DNA from: a virus
Reading direction: 5' to 3' (one strand)
Virus record (IMG/VR): IMGVR_UViG_3300045988_122024
Span: 1 to 31,558 of that record
DNA length: 31,558 nucleotides
Made by a program: the position numbers and the translations under genes. Within the stretch, counting starts at the first letter, position 1. Each line of letters opens with the position of its first letter. This document shows positions 23,999 to 31,454 of the stretch, in pieces. Below the pieces are notes generated by a model. That model searched no databases. It was not told the origin of the DNA and saw only the letters and a list, made by a program, of their open reading frames with translations.

Positions 23999-24747
23999 TG
24001 AAAAAAACTATCAAACTTATGGCGATTCTCTTTGCGCTCGTGCTTATGGTTGGACTTTTGGCAAGTCCAGTCGTATGTTATGCCGAAGAAGAGGTCGTCG
24101 AGCAAGAGCAACAGAATGACGAAAAAATCGACGCGGACAAAGTGGCGGACATCGTTATCGAAAAGCTCAACGAACAAGAAAAGACGAAAAACCTTGCCGA
24201 ATGGATTGAGAAGTACAAGGCGGAAATCCTGACCGTTGTCAGCGGTTTAATCGGTTTAGCCTCGGCGGCGATTGCTTCTGCTGTTAAGGCGAAAGTAACG
24301 CAAAATATCAACAATCAAGAGGGTGTTTTCAAACGAACCTCTGACGCGATTATAGCGAACGAAAAGGCTGTTGATAAGCTAAACGGCTATGCGGAGCAGT
24401 TTGACCGAATAGACGGCGAAATTGCTGCTTTGGTGGGGGCTGTCAACGAAAGGGACGAGGCACAGGCGAAACAGCAGGCCGAATTGAAAGCAATCCTCAT
24501 TGCGTGCGTGAATATGCTCCATACGGCCTACGCTCACTCGAACCTCACGGAAGAAACGAAGTCGGTCATTGAGGGGTTTTTCGGCGACGCTATCCACTAC
24601 AACCAAAAAATGGCGGATATGAAGATTTCGCTCGAAAGCCTTGTTGAGAAGTTCAACGAGCTGAAAACCAAAGTTGAGGACGCTAAAAAGCAATCCGAGG
24701 ACATCAAGGTCGAACAACCTAAAAAACCTACCGAGTGGGAGGGATAG
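23995..24747 (+). CDS. Secreted/membrane-anchored coiled-coil protein (250 aa)
   Basis: In-frame ATG 23995 forms an ATGA overlap with the upstream stop. N-terminus MMKKTIKLMAILFALVLMVGLLASPVVCYA looks like a signal peptide. A second hydrophobic helix is ILTVVSGLIGLASAAIASAV. Confidence 0.7.
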   Translation: MMKKTIKLMAILFALVLMVGLLASPVVCYAEEEVVEQEQQNDEKIDADKVADIVIEKLNEQEKTKNLAEWIEKYKAEILTVVSGLIGLASAAIASAVKAKVTQNINNQEGVFKRTSDAIIANEKAVDKLNGYAEQFDRIDGEIAALVGAVNERDEAQAKQQAELKAILIACVNMLHTAYAHSNLTEETKSVIEGFFGDAIHYNQKMADMKISLESLVEKFNELKTKVEDAKKQSEDIKVEQPKKPTEWEG

Positions 24748-24750
24748 TTT

Positions 24751-25182
24751 ATGAAAAGAGCGACGAAAGGCAAGGCGGTCAACGTTTCGGCGAAAGTCCT
24801 TGCCATAACCGCTCCGATTGTTGCGGCCGCTACTCAATTTCCGATTTGGGTTGAAAAGGGCGGCGACACTACGGCGAGCGGAATAGCCTTGTCGGGCGGC
24901 TTTTTGGCAATAGCGATTATATCGTTCGTTCCTGCGCTCAAAGGCTTAAAAGAAAAGATGAAGAATCCAGGCGCGTTCGTCCTTTGGGGGCTGCTTTTCG
25001 CAATTATATGGGGACTTTACCCTATAATGGACGAATTGAGGGTTATCACGGCCGTTGGGTTCGCTTCAAACGGCGGCTCTTTCGTCCTCGGAAAAGTGGG
25101 TAACTACCTTTTGGACAAGGGCGACAAAGAGGGCGCGGACATCATCGGAGAGTATCTGAAAAAACAAAAACAAGAGGGGTAA
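24751..25182 (+). CDS. Multi-pass membrane protein (143 aa, about 4 TM), holin candidate
   Basis: RBS gggaggga. Four hydrophobic segments and a charged C-terminal tail (DKGDKEGADIIGEYLKKQKQEG). No family recognised. Confidence 0.65.
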   Translation: MKRATKGKAVNVSAKVLAITAPIVAAATQFPIWVEKGGDTTASGIALSGGFLAIAIISFVPALKGLKEKMKNPGAFVLWGLLFAIIWGLYPIMDELRVITAVGFASNGGSFVLGKVGNYLLDKGDKEGADIIGEYLKKQKQEG

Positions 25183-25185
25183 AAA

Positions 25186-26103
25186 ATGGATAGGGAAAAA
25201 CTGGGCAACGAGTTTCGAAAGTATATGTTTGACTTGCTAACGTTCGTTTTGCTTTTGGGCATTTTGGCGATAAACTTTTTCGTCATCGAAACGAACGACA
25301 TTCGGTCTAAATCGTTTTGGGTAAACTTTGCGGCGAACGGAGCTTTGACAATGCTTATATGGACGTCGCGTTATCTCGGAGCGGTTTCGCAACGGAAGCA
25401 AGGGAAGAGGGCAAAGGCCGCAAGAAACGCCGTAAATCAGCTCATCGGACATATAATAGACAGCAAAAAGGTTGACGGACTGGACGAGTTTTGCGTTCAG
25501 TTCGCCGACAACGACTTAAAAGGCCGCAGAAAAAGGCTACTTGGGCGTGTGGGCGTTGATTATGCCGACTTTGATGAAATATACCAAAATATGGATATTG
25601 CCCAAATAAGGCGAATTTCGCCGCCGTCCGTGGACTATAAAAAGCTATCGGACGAAGAAAAAAAGTATCAGCTAACAAAGAAAAAGAAAAAGGCCATTAT
25701 AAAGGCCTACAAAATGAAAGAACCAAAGGTCAATGCGGATATGCTTTTGACCGAGCAGGACGACGGAAAAGAAAAAGCCTTTTCTCTCGGCCGGTCAGAA
25801 GCGGCACAAAAACGACACGACATCAGCCTTAAAGGCGTTAAGTATATCCTGACTGCGGTCATTACGTCGTACTTCACAATGAAGCTCGTGCAAAATCCGT
25901 CGTGGGAAACGGTGGCAAACATCATTAAAGACCTTATCCCTATGACAACCTCGGCCGTTATGGCGACCAAATCAGGCATTGAAGCGGTTGACAACAACAT
26001 CGTTACTCGCTATCAGAAACGCCGTCGCTTGCTTATTCAGTTTTGCGACAAAAACGCCATTCCGACCGACATCAACAGCGAACTCGGCGAAAGCCAGTTA
26101 TAA
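25186..26103 (+). CDS. Membrane protein (305 aa) with large basic cytoplasmic region
   Basis: RBS agagggg. N-terminal TM pair plus a later hydrophobic helix (YILTAVITSYFTMKLV). Last gene of the late operon. Confidence 0.7.
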   Translation: MDREKLGNEFRKYMFDLLTFVLLLGILAINFFVIETNDIRSKSFWVNFAANGALTMLIWTSRYLGAVSQRKQGKRAKAARNAVNQLIGHIIDSKKVDGLDEFCVQFADNDLKGRRKRLLGRVGVDYADFDEIYQNMDIAQIRRISPPSVDYKKLSDEEKKYQLTKKKKKAIIKAYKMKEPKVNADMLLTEQDDGKEKAFSLGRSEAAQKRHDISLKGVKYILTAVITSYFTMKLVQNPSWETVANIIKDLIPMTTSAVMATKSGIEAVDNNIVTRYQKRRRLLIQFCDKNAIPTDINSELGESQL

Positions 26104-26117
26104 TCCCTCTCGGCAAG

Positions 26118-26150
26118 TCCTCACTTTTTTTGTGGGGATTTGCTTTTTTT
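26118..26150 (+). terminator. Candidate intrinsic terminator at the end of the late operon
   Basis: TCCTCAC-ttttttt-GTGGGGA (7 bp with one G-U) followed by tttgcttttttt. Confidence 0.5.
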
Positions 26151-26161
26151 CGATTTACCTA

Positions 26162-26190
26162 TTGACAACACAAGAAAAACGGAATATAAT
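26162..26190 (+). promoter_or_regulatory. Consensus promoter TTGACA-17-TATAAT driving a short non-coding unit
   Basis: -35 at 26162-26167 and -10 at 26185-26190. Confidence 0.65.
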
Positions 26191-26196
26191 GAAAAG

Positions 26197-26279
26197 AGAT
26201 GTAAGTTACATTGAACTTTTCGCAAAGGTTCTCATTTCTCCTCCTTAAAAAGCCGCTCTCAACAGGGTGGCTTTTTTTT
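26197..26279 (+). ncRNA. Candidate small RNA of about 80 nt with anti-Shine-Dalgarno motif
   Basis: Bounded by a consensus promoter and a strong terminator. There is no ORF downstream of the predicted TSS. A single-stranded UCUCCUCCUU (26237..26246) sits just 5' of the terminator stem. Confidence 0.4.
26247..26279 (+). terminator. Intrinsic terminator
   Basis: AAAAAGCCGCTC-tcaaca-GGGTGGCTTTTT (12 bp including 2 G-U), running into a T8 tract. Confidence 0.7.
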
Positions 26280-26309
26280 GCAAAAATATTTCAAAATGTT
26301 GTATATTTT

Positions 26310-26324
26310 ACTATTAAAAATAGT
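26310..26324. promoter_or_regulatory. Palindromic operator ACTATTAAAAATAGT (copy 2 of 3)
   Basis: Identical 15-mer. Its last T is the first base of the -35 hexamer, as in the other two copies. Confidence 0.5.
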
Positions 26325-26352
26325 TGACTTTTTACAAAAAAGGGCGTATAAT
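26324..26352 (+). promoter_or_regulatory. Promoter TTGACT-17-TATAAT (early operon)
   Basis: -35 at 26324-26329 and -10 at 26347-26352. About 80 nt upstream of the 26432 gene. Confidence 0.7.
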
Positions 26353-26431
26353 ATAATTGTAAAGAGGTTGAGGGAAACCTCGGAACGCAAAACTGGTTGT
26401 CGCCAAACAAACCAAAAAAGGAGAAATCAAA

Positions 26432-26782
26432 ATGTATAAATGCCATTCTTACATCAACGCAGGCACGAACGAGTTTTACCGCTATGGAAGAAAAGCGCAA
26501 GAAAAGCTCGCTTTTTATCTTACCGCAAACGAGAACGGTTTTATCAGCGTTCCTGCCGACGGCGGCGATTACTGGACTTTCGGAACGTCTGACGGCAAGT
26601 TCGGCGAATTTGCAAAGTACAAAGACACGTTCTTCTCTGTCAACAAAATGGGCAGAATTTGGGCGAAAGAAGGCACGGAAAAAGCCGCAAAGTTGGTCGA
26701 AATGATAAACGACCTCATCGCAAAAATGAAAGAAACAAACAAAGAGCATTCTATGGCCGGTTGCAACACCGACGAAGAATAA
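26432..26782 (+). CDS. Hypothetical early protein (116 aa)
   Basis: RBS aaaggaga. First gene after the early promoter. Confidence 0.7.
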   Translation: MYKCHSYINAGTNEFYRYGRKAQEKLAFYLTANENGFISVPADGGDYWTFGTSDGKFGEFAKYKDTFFSVNKMGRIWAKEGTEKAAKLVEMINDLIAKMKETNKEHSMAGCNTDEE

Positions 26783-26792
26783 AGGAGATAAA

Positions 26793-27005
26793 ATGGAAAT
26801 GAGCAAAGAAAGCAGAGACCTTTTGGCGGAGTTTGAAATTTTTGAAATGCCGAAAGGGTGGAAGATTACGAAAGGCACAATGACGCAGCCTGTCGGCTAT
26901 GTTTGGATAAACAACGGGCAGTCGCTTTTTGCGAAAGACGAGAACGGCAACCGACTGTTCAGGCAGGCATTGATTAAAGAAGAATTAGCGAAAAAAGGAG
27001 AATAA
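26793..27005 (+). CDS. Hypothetical protein (70 aa)
   Basis: RBS aaaggaga. Confidence 0.65.
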   Translation: MEMSKESRDLLAEFEIFEMPKGWKITKGTMTQPVGYVWINNGQSLFAKDENGNRLFRQALIKEELAKKGE

Positions 27006-27008
27006 ACT

Positions 27009-27278
27009 ATGTACGTTTACAGAGAACTGACCACCGAAGAAAAACATTTACTCAAAAAGTATGCAAGGGAGCATTGCAAGAGCGATGTCGTTCATCTTGA
27101 AGAGCTTATCAGGACGGGCGACGCAAGCATTTTCCCGACGAGGGCGACCTCGTGGGCAGGGGTAGCAAAAAGTCTTACTTATCAGACAGGCTATAAATGG
27201 ACGGCCGAAGAAGCGAAAGAAGGCGACGGCGACGGAATCGAATGGGGAAACGGTTATATTGTGGAGAGGTGCTTATAA
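27009..27278 (+). CDS. Hypothetical protein (89 aa)
   Basis: RBS aaaggaga. Confidence 0.65.
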   Translation: MYVYRELTTEEKHLLKKYAREHCKSDVVHLEELIRTGDASIFPTRATSWAGVAKSLTYQTGYKWTAEEAKEGDGDGIEWGNGYIVERCL

Positions 27279-27508
27279 TGGAAAAGTTTCAACACGAATA
27301 TGAGGTCATAATGGCCGACATCGCAAAGACGGAGCGGAACGCCGAAAGGTTCGAGCTTCTGACGATGGCTATAAAAAATCAAAAGTTCTTTTTGAGGCAA
27401 AGAGCGAAAACCGCAAGCCGTGAGGAGCTTGAAAAGATTGACTTTGCTTATGGCATTTTGGAAAAAGTCCTGCAACAGGGGGTTGACAAAAATGGTTGCA
27501 CCTTGTAA
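27278..27508 (+). CDS. Hypothetical protein (76 aa)
   Basis: In-frame ATG 27278 overlaps the upstream TAA by 1 nt. The ORF-track start 27197 would overlap the upstream gene by 82 nt. Confidence 0.6.
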   Translation: MEKFQHEYEVIMADIAKTERNAERFELLTMAIKNQKFFLRQRAKTASREELEKIDFAYGILEKVLQQGVDKNGCTL

Positions 27509-27668
27509 AGACTGCCCGAATCGGAGCTTATATTGCCATTGCGATTGCGAGGAGTATAAAGAGTTTCTGAAGTATCGGGAGCTGTTAAAGAAGAAAAAAG
27601 AACACGACCGCTACATTTCTATCGTAAAATTTGGCCGCAACGGTTATAATTATCGGAAAAAGCATTGA
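27492..27668 (+). CDS. Small Cys-rich protein (58 aa, CKDCP...CHCDC)
   Basis: In-frame ATG 27492. Six Cys in the first 21 residues. The start is uncertain (27420 or 27450 are also possible). Confidence 0.55.
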   Translation: MVAPCKDCPNRSLYCHCDCEEYKEFLKYRELLKKKKEHDRYISIVKFGRNGYNYRKKH

Positions 27669-27693
27669 CAATCGGCGGCGGTTGTGGTATAAT
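27665..27693 (+). promoter_or_regulatory. Promoter TTGACA-17-TGgTATAAT (extended -10)
   Basis: -35 at 27665-27670 overlaps the upstream stop. -10 at 27688-27693 is preceded by TGg. Followed by a leader of about 115 nt before the 27814 gene. Confidence 0.65.
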
Positions 27694-27813
27694 CAAAGGG
27701 TAGTTGTGGCAGCGGCTATCGGAAAAATCAATAAATAGTTAATATTTCCCTTCTGCGAAATCGGCTGCCACCGTGAGTAGCAGAGGGGTTTATTATATAA
27801 AAAGGAGCTAAAA

Positions 27814-28548
27814 ATGTCAAAAGTTTTAGACAATAACTACTTTCAAATAACAGGGTGGATGTTGAATCGATTGAAACTAAAAGGAACAGCCCTTAATGTC
27901 TATGCTATAATTTATGGATTTTCGCAAGACGGAGAAAGTTCTTTTAATGGGAGCAGGCAATACTTATGCGACTTTACAGGGGCAACAAAGCCTACAATTG
28001 ACAAAGCACTTGCCGAATTGCAAGCGATGGATTTAATAATTAAAACGAGCAAAAAAATAAACGACGTTATTCATAATGAATATAGGGCAAATCTTGAAGC
28101 ATTAAGAGATTTTACCACCAGTAAAGAAACTTTACCACCCAGTAAAGAAACTTTACAGGGGGGTAGTAAAGAAACTTTACCCTATAATAAAGATATAAAT
28201 AATAAAGAAGATAATAAAAAAATTATAAAAAAAGAAGAAGAGAAGAAAACATCAAATCTGCCAGTCGGAAAGGCGAAAGAAAAATCGCTTGACGATGTTA
28301 TTGAAAATCAACCTCTATCTATTCAACAGCCGTTGAGGGAATTCGTCAAAATGCGTAAGGCAATTAAAAAGCCGATAACCACTCACGGACTGGAGCTTGC
28401 GGTGAAGAAGCTACACGAACTCGCAAAGACGGAGAGCGAGGCGGTGGCCGTCATCGAACAGTCGGTGATGAACAGTTGGCAAGGGTTCTTTGCCCTGAAG
28501 AAAGGCAGGTCGGAAACGGACTGGCTGTCAGACTTGAAAGACTTATGA
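27814..28548 (+). CDS. Replication initiator (N-terminal winged-helix, C-terminal DnaD-like domain)
   Basis: N-terminus YFQITGWMLNRLKLKGTALNVYAIIYGFSQDG...YLCDFTGATKPTIDKAL is typical of phage replication HTH proteins. C-terminus ...AVIEQSVMNSWQGFF is DnaD-like. Direct repeats lie inside the gene. Confidence 0.7.
   Translation: MSKVLDNNYFQITGWMLNRLKLKGTALNVYAIIYGFSQDGESSFNGSRQYLCDFTGATKPTIDKALAELQAMDLIIKTSKKINDVIHNEYRANLEALRDFTTSKETLPPSKETLQGGSKETLPYNKDINNKEDNKKIIKKEEEKKTSNLPVGKAKEKSLDDVIENQPLSIQQPLREFVKMRKAIKKPITTHGLELAVKKLHELAKTESEAVAVIEQSVMNSWQGFFALKKGRSETDWLSDLKDL
28118..28180. repeat. Three 16-nt direct repeats AGTAAAGAAACTTTAC (iteron-like), followed by an AT-rich tract
   Basis: Copies at 28120-28135, 28141-28156 and 28165-28180. 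Downstream, 28181 to about 28250 is almost entirely A/T. Confidence 0.6.
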
Positions 28549-28556
28549 GGTGAGCT

Positions 28557-28982
28557 ATGAACGAATTGACGACTTTTTACGGACAGATTGCGGAGCAGAA
28601 CGAGGCGAGGGACAAGGCGAGAGCTGTTTATGCGCTTTGCCGATTTATCACGCCGCAATTTTACAGCAAGCAAACAAGGGACGAGGCGGCGGCAACGGTG
28701 AGTTCGATTCAGGTTCTCACGGCCGACATCGACGGAGCGGTTATGGCGAAAATGTGCGAAATGGCCGCAAAAGACTATCCGAAAGCACGCTCGGAAAATC
28801 CGAAAGTCTTTTTTGACATCAATTATATATTGACGTTCTATAAAAAGGCGGCGGAAAGCCTACGGCCAGAGTGGGCGGAAGTGTATCTCGGCGAAGAAAA
28901 CGGTGTGAAGCTTTGGGGCGATGCAGACGAATGGAACTGGGACGAACCTTATAAGGGCAAAACTTATAAACAAAACTATTAA
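28557..28982 (+). CDS. Hypothetical protein (141 aa), replication-module associated
   Basis: RBS gaggtgagc. No motif recognised. Confidence 0.7.
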   Translation: MNELTTFYGQIAEQNEARDKARAVYALCRFITPQFYSKQTRDEAAATVSSIQVLTADIDGAVMAKMCEMAAKDYPKARSENPKVFFDINYILTFYKKAAESLRPEWAEVYLGEENGVKLWGDADEWNWDEPYKGKTYKQNY

Positions 28983-28989
28983 AAATAGT
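28975..28989. promoter_or_regulatory. Palindromic operator ACTATTAAAAATAGT (copy 3 of 3)
   Basis: Identical 15-mer abutting the -35. Overlaps the stop codon of the upstream gene. Confidence 0.5.
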
Positions 28990-29017
28990 TGACAATAAAC
29001 GGGAAATGGTATATAAT
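28989..29017 (+). promoter_or_regulatory. Promoter TTGACA-17-TATAAT
   Basis: -35 at 28989-28994 and -10 at 29012-29017. Confidence 0.7.
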
Positions 29018-29050
29018 AAAAGGGAAGTAAAGAAAAAAGGGGGTGAACCT

Positions 29051-29212
29051 ATGGTCAAAACGGTTGCGGTGCAAGTTACAAAGTCAGGGCAGGCGACTAT
29101 CACGATTCCGAAAGCAATCTTCAAAGAGATTGACGGAAAGAAAGGCGAGGTCTGGGCAATAGAAACGAACGGCAAAAATAAACTGGAATTGAGGAGAATA
29201 GTTAAGAAATGA
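29051..29212 (+). CDS. AbrB/MazE/SpoVT-family DNA-binding protein (53 aa)
   Basis: ATG 29051 with RBS aaagggggtga. The ORF-track ATG 29006 lies upstream of the -10. VQVTKSGQATITIPKAIFKEIDGKKGEVWAIE fits the swapped-hairpin AbrB-like fold pattern. Confidence 0.65.
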   Translation: MVKTVAVQVTKSGQATITIPKAIFKEIDGKKGEVWAIETNGKNKLELRRIVKK

Positions 29213-29709
29213 AGCTTTACGAAATAAACGAGGCTCTTGAGGAGCTTTTGGTGAAAGGTTACAATGCGGAGTGTATCGACGAAGAAACGGGCGAAATCGA
29301 CGAGGAAAAGGCGAAACAGCTTTTAGACGACTTGTCAATTGCGTTTGACGATAAAGTCGAAAATATCGGCTGCTACGTCAAATCTTTGACGGCCGAGATT
29401 GCGGCCTTAAAGGCTGAAAGCGACAACCTTAAAAAGAGAGCGGAGCAGAAGCAAAAAAAGGTGGACAGCTTAAAGCGTTATCTAACGTCGGTTCTGAACG
29501 GCAAAAGTTTTGAGAGCGCAAGAGTTACGGTCGGCTTCAGAAAGTCGGTGGCGGTCAAAGTGATAAACGAGGAGCTTATCCCTGACTGCTATATCGACGA
29601 AAAGGTCGTTAAAAAACCGAACCTTGCGGAAATCAAAACGTCGCTCAAAATGGGAGTGGCTGTCGAGGGTTGCGAACTCGAAGAAAGAACAAACATAAAC
29701 TTAAAATAA
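29209..29709 (+). CDS. Siphovirus Gp157-like protein
   Basis: 166 aa, ATGA overlap. N-terminal MKLYEINEALEEL... and a coiled-coil middle. Typically sits next to a single-strand annealing protein gene. Confidence 0.6.
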   Translation: MKLYEINEALEELLVKGYNAECIDEETGEIDEEKAKQLLDDLSIAFDDKVENIGCYVKSLTAEIAALKAESDNLKKRAEQKQKKVDSLKRYLTSVLNGKSFESARVTVGFRKSVAVKVINEELIPDCYIDEKVVKKPNLAEIKTSLKMGVAVEGCELEERTNINLK

Positions 29710-29723
29710 AAGGAGAACGAAAA

Positions 29724-30536
29724 ATGGGAACTATCAGAAAGTTGAGGGCGGACGAAATCGAAGTGCGTGTTTCGGAAATCAAACAGCCTTACAAAGAGGG
29801 CGAAAACGGAACGGCAATGCTTTTGCTTTATAAGACGGCAAGAGTGGATATGGACATTTTGGACGAAGTGTTCGGTGCGGAAAACTGGTCGGATAAATAC
29901 GAAAGAATCGGCGAACAGCTGTTCTGCACAATCACGGTTTACATCGACGGCAGAAACGTTGCAAAAACCGACTGCGGAATTGAAAGCCAGCAAACCGATG
30001 ACAACAAGTACAAGGCCGAGGCTTCCGACGCATTCAAACGAGCTGGCTTTAAGTGGGGAATCGGTCGTGAGCTTTATACTGCTCCAAGAATAGGGATTTC
30101 CGTCCCTGTTAAACGGACGAAGACAGCGGCAGGCAAAGAAAAGTGGACAATGGCCGAGCCGTGGAAAAAGTATCGCGTTTGGGAAATCGGCTACAACGAA
30201 TCGGGCAAAATCTCGCTTTTGAAGATTGCCGACGAAAAAAACGCAATCGTTTTCAGCTATCCGAAAGACGGTGCGGTCGCCAAAACGGAGAAAAAAGCCG
30301 AACCGAAAGCAGAGCCGAAAGTCGAAAATGCGGACTTTGTGGAAGTAACGGCGAACGGTGAAGAAAAGCCGCAAGAAGAATACAGGAAAGGATTTTGCGC
30401 TGACTGCGACGAAAACATCTCCCCTGCGGTTTACAATTATTCGTTGAAAAGATACGGCAGGCCGCTTTGCATGAAGTGTCAAAAGGCGGAAAGCTTGCCG
30501 AAAGTGGAAGTCAGGGCGGAAGATTGTCCGTTTTAG
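29724..30536 (+). CDS. Rad52/Sak-like single-strand annealing protein with C-terminal CxxC...CxxC zinc-ribbon
   Basis: ATG 29724 with RBS aaaggaga. KAEASDAFKRAGFKWGIGRELY is the Rad52-family signature. C-terminus is CADC-N23-CMKC. Confidence 0.7.
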   Translation: MGTIRKLRADEIEVRVSEIKQPYKEGENGTAMLLLYKTARVDMDILDEVFGAENWSDKYERIGEQLFCTITVYIDGRNVAKTDCGIESQQTDDNKYKAEASDAFKRAGFKWGIGRELYTAPRIGISVPVKRTKTAAGKEKWTMAEPWKKYRVWEIGYNESGKISLLKIADEKNAIVFSYPKDGAVAKTEKKAEPKAEPKVENADFVEVTANGEEKPQEEYRKGFCADCDENISPAVYNYSLKRYGRPLCMKCQKAESLPKVEVRAEDCPF

Positions 30537-30539
30537 AGT

Positions 30540-30866
30540 ATGGATATAACACAAGAGCTTGAACAAAAAATGAAAGAGCTGACGGTGGCGGTGAAAGAGC
30601 TTCGCAAAAGCGGAACAGCGTTTGCCGCCGCTGAACGCGATTATAAAGTCCTTTTGCGGCAGGAAGTTTTGAAGTTAAGGGACGAGGGGCAAGCCGTCGG
30701 AGTTATCGACAAAATCTGCTACGGAATCCCGAGCGTGGCCGAGAAACGTTTTCAAAGGGACGTTGCAAAGACGATATACGAGGCGAACCTTGAGTGCATA
30801 AACGCGACAAAACTCTATATAAAGATTTTGCAAGAGCAAATCAACAAGGAGTGGTCTAATGGATAG
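30540..30866 (+). CDS. Hypothetical helical protein (108 aa)
   Basis: Fills the gap. Weak RBS, so the start is uncertain. Confidence 0.55.
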   Translation: MDITQELEQKMKELTVAVKELRKSGTAFAAAERDYKVLLRQEVLKLRDEGQAVGVIDKICYGIPSVAEKRFQRDVAKTIYEANLECINATKLYIKILQEQINKEWSNG

Positions 30867-31116
30867 GTGCTATTTTTGCGGCCGTCTAGCCGAGTGCACT
30901 CACCACGTTTATTTTGGAACGGCAAAAAGGGCGATTTCGGAAAAATACGGCTTCACGGTTCGTTTGTGCAATTATCATCACAATATGGGCGGAAAAAACT
31001 CCGTCCACGGAAACCGTGAAATGGACTTGCGGTTGAAAGAGGAGTTTCAACGGCGATTCGAAAAAGAACACAGCAGGGAAGAGTTCCGAGCTTTAATCGG
31101 GAGAAGTTACTTATGA
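30859..31116 (+). CDS. Small Cys/His-rich protein (HNH/NinG-like zinc-binding pattern)
   Basis: RBS caaggag. CYFCG...CTHHV...LCNYHH...VHGN pattern, common in Firmicutes phage replication/recombination modules. Family name not verified. Confidence 0.55.
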   Translation: MDRCYFCGRLAECTHHVYFGTAKRAISEKYGFTVRLCNYHHNMGGKNSVHGNREMDLRLKEEFQRRFEKEHSREEFRALIGRSYL

Positions 31117-31454
31117 AGTGCGAAAAACCTATAACGGACAATATGAAAGAAAAGGTCAATGCTTTGTGGGCAGAAATGAGGGACGGCCGAACGCTTACCC
31201 TCGAAGAAGTCTGCGAAGTGTGCGGAGTAAAGAGCGAACGACAGGCGAGGGACATAATGAGCGTGCTTGCGACAAAAAAACCGATTATAAGCACGTCGGA
31301 CAGCAAAGGATACCGAATGGCGGTCAAACGGTCAGACCTCGAAGATGTCGAACATCAGTGGCGAGAGCTTGACAGTAGAATAAAGCAGCTACAAAAAAGA
31401 GTAACGCCGTTGATTGACTTCTATGAAAAAGCGAAATACGGAGAGCAAAAATGA
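31113..31454 (+). CDS. Hypothetical protein (113 aa), possible HTH
   Basis: ATGA overlap. LTLEEVCEVCGVKSERQARDIMSVL looks like a helix-turn-helix. Confidence 0.6.
   Translation: MKCEKPITDNMKEKVNALWAEMRDGRTLTLEEVCEVCGVKSERQARDIMSVLATKKPIISTSDSKGYRMAVKRSDLEDVEHQWRELDSRIKQLQKRVTPLIDFYEKAKYGEQK

Noticed and set aside
25979-26248. 89-aa + strand ORF running from the last late gene through the intergenic region
   Set aside because: It overlaps 25186..26103 out of frame. It also reads through a terminator, a promoter and the candidate sRNA, and has no RBS.
26189-26248. 19-codon ORF (MKRDVSYIELFAKVLISPP) in the candidate sRNA interval
   Set aside because: Its ATG overlaps the -10 hexamer, so it would lie upstream of the transcription start. 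It has no RBS.
28118-28180. Considered whether the repeated 16-mers, or the three repeated promoter/operator copies, could be a CRISPR array
   Set aside because: There are only three short copies with 5-8-nt spacers, inside a coding region. The operator copies are kilobases apart. There is no repeat-spacer architecture and no cas genes.
29006-29050. ORF-track start at 29006 for the AbrB-like gene; likewise 1771 for metK-like, 13413, 20589, 23962, 27197 and 29670
   Set aside because: These upstream starts lie inside upstream genes or promoters and lack an RBS. In-frame downstream ATGs have GGAGG-type RBSs and/or ATGA coupling.
29589-30566. 325-aa ORF on the minus strand
   Set aside because: It is antisense to the Rad52-like SSAP, whose conserved motif is unambiguous. 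The translation is low-complexity and F/R-rich, and it has no start context.
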